Source: Fimbriimonadia bacterium (GTDB taxonomy: Bacteria > Armatimonadota > Fimbriimonadia > Fimbriimonadales > JABRVX01). From it: a stretch of 64,000 bases of DNA. The notes under the pieces are model-generated. The model was not told the origin of the DNA, searched no databases, and saw only the letters and a list, made by a program, of their open reading frames with translations. The stretch is from positions 1 through 64,000 of the forward strand of contig JBGPGO010000006.1 in the NCBI GenBank assembly GCA_041483895.1, given 5' to 3'. Below, piece by piece: positions 59,813 through 64,000 of this stretch (its first letter is position 1; every line of letters starts with the position of its first letter). The translations under genes and the position numbers were made by a program.

Positions 59813-59830
59813 ATCCGATCAGTTCGCCGT

Positions 59831-60021
59831 CCCCCACCCAACCCCTCCCCCGCAAGCGGGGGAGGGGAATTGGAAGCCGACCGATGATGCGACCGGTCTC
59901 CCGACCGAGTCGCGACAGTCGGCGGAATGTTACTCTCCCTTCACAATCCCTATTGTGAAGGGCGTCCGCCGACGCCTGCGGCATGAAAAATCCCCTTCAC
60001 AATCGGGATTGTGAAGGGAGA
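59831..60021. repeat. Mosaic of families A (59831-59867), B (59886-59913) and H (two cccttcacaat hairpins, 59937-59962 and 59993-60018)
   Basis: Stems are directly visible; A and B match copies at 31-124. Confidence 0.92.
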
Positions 60022-60137
60022 AGAATATCCAGCATTGTCCTGCTAGGTAAGCAAGCGCCGGCCAAATGCCTCTTTTCGGGGCCAGTGATGGAATTGGATT
60101 CATGCAGGTCTACATCTTGAGGTCCATTCAAAGAGTC

Positions 60138-60524
60138 TTATTGAGAATTGAGACGCAATTCCCGATATGATTCATCGATGCCGCAAAACGTGTATGCGTG
60201 CCCTGACACAACCCTCTGGCTCCCGTCCAGATCGAGCCAGATATGCCACTGCGGCCAAAGGAAGCTACCCCATCCCGGACTGGTGACATCAGCAAAGAAT
60301 TCCACATTCGAACGGTGTGACATTGCTCGCTGCGTTGGCATTTCAGCGATCCCTAGCGAGCGGCAAGCATCTTCAATAGTCATCCCCGGTCTGATTTGTT
60401 GCTCCACGTAAGTCGATGAGATCACCTGATTTCGTCCGACAACTTTAGGCCATATCAATACCAAGAAGAGAATGCTGCCAGCAAAAATGACGAGTGTCGT
60501 GATTAGTAGCTTCTTGACTAACAT
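60138..60524 (-). CDS. Hypothetical membrane-anchored protein
   Basis: N-terminal transmembrane helix; IRPGMT..DA...LG (SmpA/BamE-like) pattern; GAGG ribosome-binding site; locally lower GC. Confidence 0.65.
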   Translation of the reverse strand: MLVKKLLITTLVIFAGSILFLVLIWPKVVGRNQVISSTYVEQQIRPGMTIEDACRSLGIAEMPTQRAMSHRSNVEFFADVTSPGWGSFLWPQWHIWLDLDGSQRVVSGHAYTFCGIDESYRELRLNSQ

Positions 60525-60601
60525 GTACGCACCTCAATACTCATGCCGTTGAGGAAATCGTACCCGATTCATTTGGCGTGAACGTCAGCTTGGAGCCCGT
60601 A

Positions 60602-60964
60602 TCACTTACAGGGATTCGCAAGCAGGCGCACAAGAAGCTCGTTAAGAACCGGAACATGTGAATGTTTGACATTCTTCGCGGACGTTACCAGTGTGATTCG
60701 TTGGCGTCCACAGAGAAGGCGCTGGGCCGCCTCTGTTTTCTTGTCCAGTTCATCGCGATATTTGGCTCGGAATTCCTCATATCTCCCCTCATGATCTTCG
60801 TGCAGCCATTTGCGCAACCCATTGGACGGCGCGAGGTCCTTTGCCCACTCATCGATCTGCGCCGCCTCCTTGCTCACTCCGCGCGGCCACAATCGGTCGA
60901 CGAGAATTCGCGCGCCATCCGACTTTTCTGCTTCGTCGTAGATTCGTTTCATCGAGATTCTCAT
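60602..60964 (-). CDS. DUF488 (YeaO-like) protein
   Basis: KRIYD....DG.RILVDRLWPRGVSK...APS..LRKW. Confidence 0.92.
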   Translation of the reverse strand: MRISMKRIYDEAEKSDGARILVDRLWPRGVSKEAAQIDEWAKDLAPSNGLRKWLHEDHEGRYEEFRAKYRDELDKKTEAAQRLLCGRQRITLVTSAKNVKHSHVPVLNELLVRLLANPCK

Positions 60965-62079
60965 TGCTGAGCCTCCGCGACGATGGACAGCAGCAATTCT
61001 GCGGTCTTCACCAAATCGTCAATCTTGCAAAACTCGTCGTGCGTGTGGTACTTCTGCATCCCCGTGGCGACAACTACCGTCGGGACGCCGTGCTCGTTGA
61101 ACACATTGCCATCACTGCCACCGCCGCCTTGTCGCAGGTCGGGGGTGAGGCCGATGGCCCGGGAAGCCGCCATCCCGAGTTGCAGGACCGCATCGGACTC
61201 TGCCATGCGGAAACTTGCGAACGTCGGGGTAATTTTGTGCGTGGCGGATGCGCCGCGACGAGCGGCGGCTTCTTCAAATCGAGAAATCATGTGCGAAAGC
61301 TGCGCATCCAATTTCTCGGCAGAGAAGCTCCGCGCCTCGCCCACAATCGAAACTGAGGGCGCAACGATGTTGAACGCCTGCCCGCCTTGGAAAATGCCGA
61401 TATTCGCCGTCGTCACCTCATCCATCCGGCCGAGCCGCATGCCCGCAATGGCCTCCGACGCCACTTCGATCGCGCTGATCCCCTCTTCCGGGCAGACGCC
61501 CGCATGCGCGGCCCGGCCCGTAATCGCAACCTCCAACTTCGTGTGCCCCGGCGCGGCCACCACAAACCCACCCACCGGCGGCCCCGCGTCCAAAACAAAT
61601 CCCATCTCCGCATCCACCAACGAGAAATCCAAATTCTTTGCGCCCAGCAGCCCGATCTCTTCGCAGATCGTCAGCGCCAACTGAATCTGTCCGTGCGGCA
61701 GGTCCCGTTCGACAATGGTCTGGACCGCTTCCAAAATCGGCGCCATTCCGGCCTTGTCATCCGCGCCCAGGATCGTCTTGCCGGTCGTCCGAATCACGCC
61801 GTTCTCTTCCACGATCTGGATATCCGGCGTCGGCTCCACGGTATCGAAGTGAGCGCTGAACAGCAGCTTCGGCGCCCCCTCAACTGTGGAAGGCAGGGTC
61901 GCGATCAGGTTGTTCGCGTTGCCCCCGACGGCCTCCCCTGCCCGGTCCTCAACCACCTCCAGCCCAAGCCCTTCCAAAAATCCGCGCGTCCATATGACGA
62001 TGGCGCCCTCCTCGCGCGGCGGCGAGTTGAACCGGCACAGGCGGACGAATGTCTCCACAAGGCGATCGGGATTTAGCAT
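60961..62079 (-). CDS. M20 family peptidase T-like metallohydrolase
   Basis: SAHFDTV, LGADDKAG, EEIGL.G, G.AAHAG, GGGSDGN, HTHDE; GGAGG before ATG 62079. Confidence 0.92.
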   Translation of the reverse strand: MLNPDRLVETFVRLCRFNSPPREEGAIVIWTRGFLEGLGLEVVEDRAGEAVGGNANNLIATLPSTVEGAPKLLFSAHFDTVEPTPDIQIVEENGVIRTTGKTILGADDKAGMAPILEAVQTIVERDLPHGQIQLALTICEEIGLLGAKNLDFSLVDAEMGFVLDAGPPVGGFVVAAPGHTKLEVAITGRAAHAGVCPEEGISAIEVASEAIAGMRLGRMDEVTTANIGIFQGGQAFNIVAPSVSIVGEARSFSAEKLDAQLSHMISRFEEAAARRGASATHKITPTFASFRMAESDAVLQLGMAASRAIGLTPDLRQGGGGSDGNVFNEHGVPTVVVATGMQKYHTHDEFCKIDDLVKTAELLLSIVAEAQQ

Positions 62080-62121
62080 CCTCCCTAGTGTACCGGCCCG
62101 CGCTTGGCCTACAATGGAATC

Positions 62122-62784
62122 ATGCCTACTCCAATTCGCGTCACTGTCTGGGATGAAAACACCGCACCTGCCTCCGTCTATCCAAACGGTCTCGGCGACT
62201 GCATCGCCGCCGGCCTGCGGGAAGACACCGATCTCCATGTGCATCTTGCTACCATCGACGAAGCCGATCAGGGCGTGCCGGATTCCCTGCTGGAGGGGAC
62301 CGATGTGCTGATCTGGTGGGGACATAAGCGGCATGGGGACGTTTTGGACGACACCGCCGCGCGCGTGGTCAACCATGTCACCGACCGCGGCATGGGCCTC
62401 ATAGCCCTCCATTCCGCCCACAAATCCAAGCCGTTCATGGCGCTGCAGGGGACGGATGGCGAGCTGGGCGGATGGCGGGAGGACAACTTGCCGGAACGGA
62501 TCTACACGATCGAACCGAGCCACCCCATCGCGGCCGGGCTGCCGGAGATGTGGGAGATTCCGGTGGAGGAGATGTATTCCGAGCGGTTCAATGTCCGGAC
62601 GCCGGATGAACTGATCTTTATCTCTTCATTTGCCAAGGGGGAGGTTTTCCGAAGCGGCTGCGCGTGGCATTTTGGTCGAGGACGCATGTTCTACTTCCGC
62701 CCCGGGCACGAGACCAACCCGACCTATTTTGATCTGAATGTGCGGCGGGTTATCCGAAATGGCGTTCACTGGCTTGGCGGCTAA
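62122..62784 (+). CDS. ThuA (trehalose utilisation) domain protein
   Basis: VTVW.E, DVLIWWGH..H, LHSAH.SK.F, EEMY.E.F, GEVFRSG, FYFRPGHE. Confidence 0.92.
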   Translation: MPTPIRVTVWDENTAPASVYPNGLGDCIAAGLREDTDLHVHLATIDEADQGVPDSLLEGTDVLIWWGHKRHGDVLDDTAARVVNHVTDRGMGLIALHSAHKSKPFMALQGTDGELGGWREDNLPERIYTIEPSHPIAAGLPEMWEIPVEEMYSERFNVRTPDELIFISSFAKGEVFRSGCAWHFGRGRMFYFRPGHETNPTYFDLNVRRVIRNGVHWLGG

Positions 62785-62792
62785 GCGTTAGG

Positions 62793-63287
62793 CTAATCAT
62801 CGCCAGATCTTCGCCGTTTCATTGCAATGGCTCCCGCGATCGTGTCTTCGAAAAGTCTGGTGGATATGTGGAAACTTGTGGCAATCAGGTCTTCAAGCAC
62901 CTGCCGAATGTCACAATGTCCTCTCGCATGTGCTCGTTGAAGTATCCCCAGTGTTCCAACTACCTGGAGTCCAGTTTCTCTCGCGAGAGTCGCCGCCCTC
63001 ATATCATCCATGATTAGACCACAATGAAGTTCTGTCGCTAACGAGATTGCTTCGCTTTCTCCGGGACCAAGATCTTTTTCTGAAAGTACTGAGCCGGGAG
63101 CTCGCTCAATGGCCCAATTGGGTCTGTTCGAAACCCAGGCCTTTACACGATCAGGCGTCTCCTTCGCAAGCAATTCTTGCAATACCGCAGGCGGAAGAAA
63201 GACCTCTCGGAATAGGAGCGACAAGATGTGAATTTCATTGATTAGTATGAGGTAGTTAATTGGGCTTGTATCAGCAACAACGATCAT
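62793..63287 (-). CDS. PIN-domain protein (DUF3368), putative toxin
   Basis: VVADTSPINYL, LGPGESEAI.LA, MDD..A, GTLGIL. Confidence 0.9.
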   Translation of the reverse strand: MIVVADTSPINYLILINEIHILSLLFREVFLPPAVLQELLAKETPDRVKAWVSNRPNWAIERAPGSVLSEKDLGPGESEAISLATELHCGLIMDDMRAATLARETGLQVVGTLGILQRAHARGHCDIRQVLEDLIATSFHISTRLFEDTIAGAIAMKRRRSGDD

Positions 63288-63559
63288 TGCTTCAGCATGC
63301 GCTCAAGATCAGCTTGTTGGCGCTCTAGTTCCTCCGCACTGATATCATACAAGAGCCCACGTTGAGCATACAGCTCCTCGCGCTCGTAAAAGGATAGGCC
63401 GAGAATCTCGCCACCACGACCCCGAGATATGAGTCCGTTTCGAATCGCCTCAATTACCACTGTTTCCAGAATCCACCGAGAAAGCTCGCGCTCGCCGGCC
63501 ATTTCCGCGACGGCTGCCAGAATGCCATCAGGCACTTCAACTGAGATGGTCGTATTCAT
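63284..63559 (-). CDS. UPF0175-like putative antitoxin
   Basis: G.ISRGRG.EILGLS pattern; stop overlaps the PIN gene start. Confidence 0.85.
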   Translation of the reverse strand: MNTTISVEVPDGILAAVAEMAGERELSRWILETVVIEAIRNGLISRGRGGEILGLSFYEREELYAQRGLLYDISAEELERQQADLERMLKQ

Positions 63560-63799
63560 GACAATTCATTGTAGCACCATTACGACGAATCCTGCTGCCG
63601 ATACTCGTATCCCCGCACCGTATGCGGGTACCGCGGCTTCGCCGGATTCTCCCCGATCTTTTGCCGTATGCGATACATGAAAACCTCCGGGCTGTCGCTG
63701 TTGAATCCCATCGTCATGGTCACTGATAAGGAAACCGCAAACGGTTAACCGTCATGTCGCCCCAACATGAACGCGCCATGAACGATTGTACTTTGAGGA

Positions 63800-64000
63800 T
63801 TAGCCCGTTTGTTCGAGTTCCTGGGGACCCGGATCGGCAATGCGGGAATAGAGGTCTCTCGCCTTTGAAGCCATGGAGCGTTCGATGAGACGGCCGCGGA
63901 TGTTGCGAGCCATGGAATCGACGCGGGCCATGACCTGATCTTCCAGTTCCACGACCTGCCGCAATTGGGCGGCGTTGCCGTTGAGTTCTGAACGCCGCTG
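63800..64000 (-). CDS. 3' end of a helical hypothetical protein (possibly FlgN/FliT-like); starts outside the window
   Basis: Open frame QRRSELNG...ARDLYSRIADPGPQELEQTG* from the window edge to TAA at 63800. Confidence 0.5.
   Translation of the reverse strand, partial: QRRSELNGNAAQLRQVVELEDQVMARVDSMARNIRGRLIERSMASKARDLYSRIADPGPQELEQTG

Noticed and set aside
62080..62523. N-terminal extension of the 520-aa M20 ORF
   Set aside because: It overlaps the divergent ThuA gene; the real start with GGAGG is at 62079.
62793..63559. Novel defence system
   Set aside because: Matches the common UPF0175 plus DUF3368 PIN pair; listed as features only.

Overview
Bacterial chromosomal window of roughly 60% GC (estimated by eye). 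The gene style (PEP-CTERM protein, CPSGG-type pilins, DUF1559-like modules) suggests Armatimonadota or a similar phylum, which is inference only. About 55 genes are supportable. They include housekeeping and carbohydrate genes (glcF-like, LDH/MDH, dprA, nagA, galK, GH38 mannosidase with a sugar ABC transporter, tatC, DUF1998 helicase, ychF), a five-gene type IV pilin cluster, a KimA-like transporter with a STAS-USP partner, an egtD + betaine-type ABC operon facing a choline-monooxygenase-like Rieske gene, and a PIN toxin-antitoxin pair. A decayed accessory island at about 16.0-20.1 kb holds an integrase remnant, an orphan RHS toxin whose tip has caspase-like His/Cys motifs, its coupled partner gene, and a REP-associated tyrosine transposase (RAYT) bracketed by its own palindromes. 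The most striking feature is non-genic: about ten different short palindromic or tandem repeat families. They form mosaic arrays, supply or abut stop codons, and in at least two genes sit in frame inside the protein. No rRNA, tRNA or CRISPR array was found. All family assignments come from motif recognition by eye, not from database searches.
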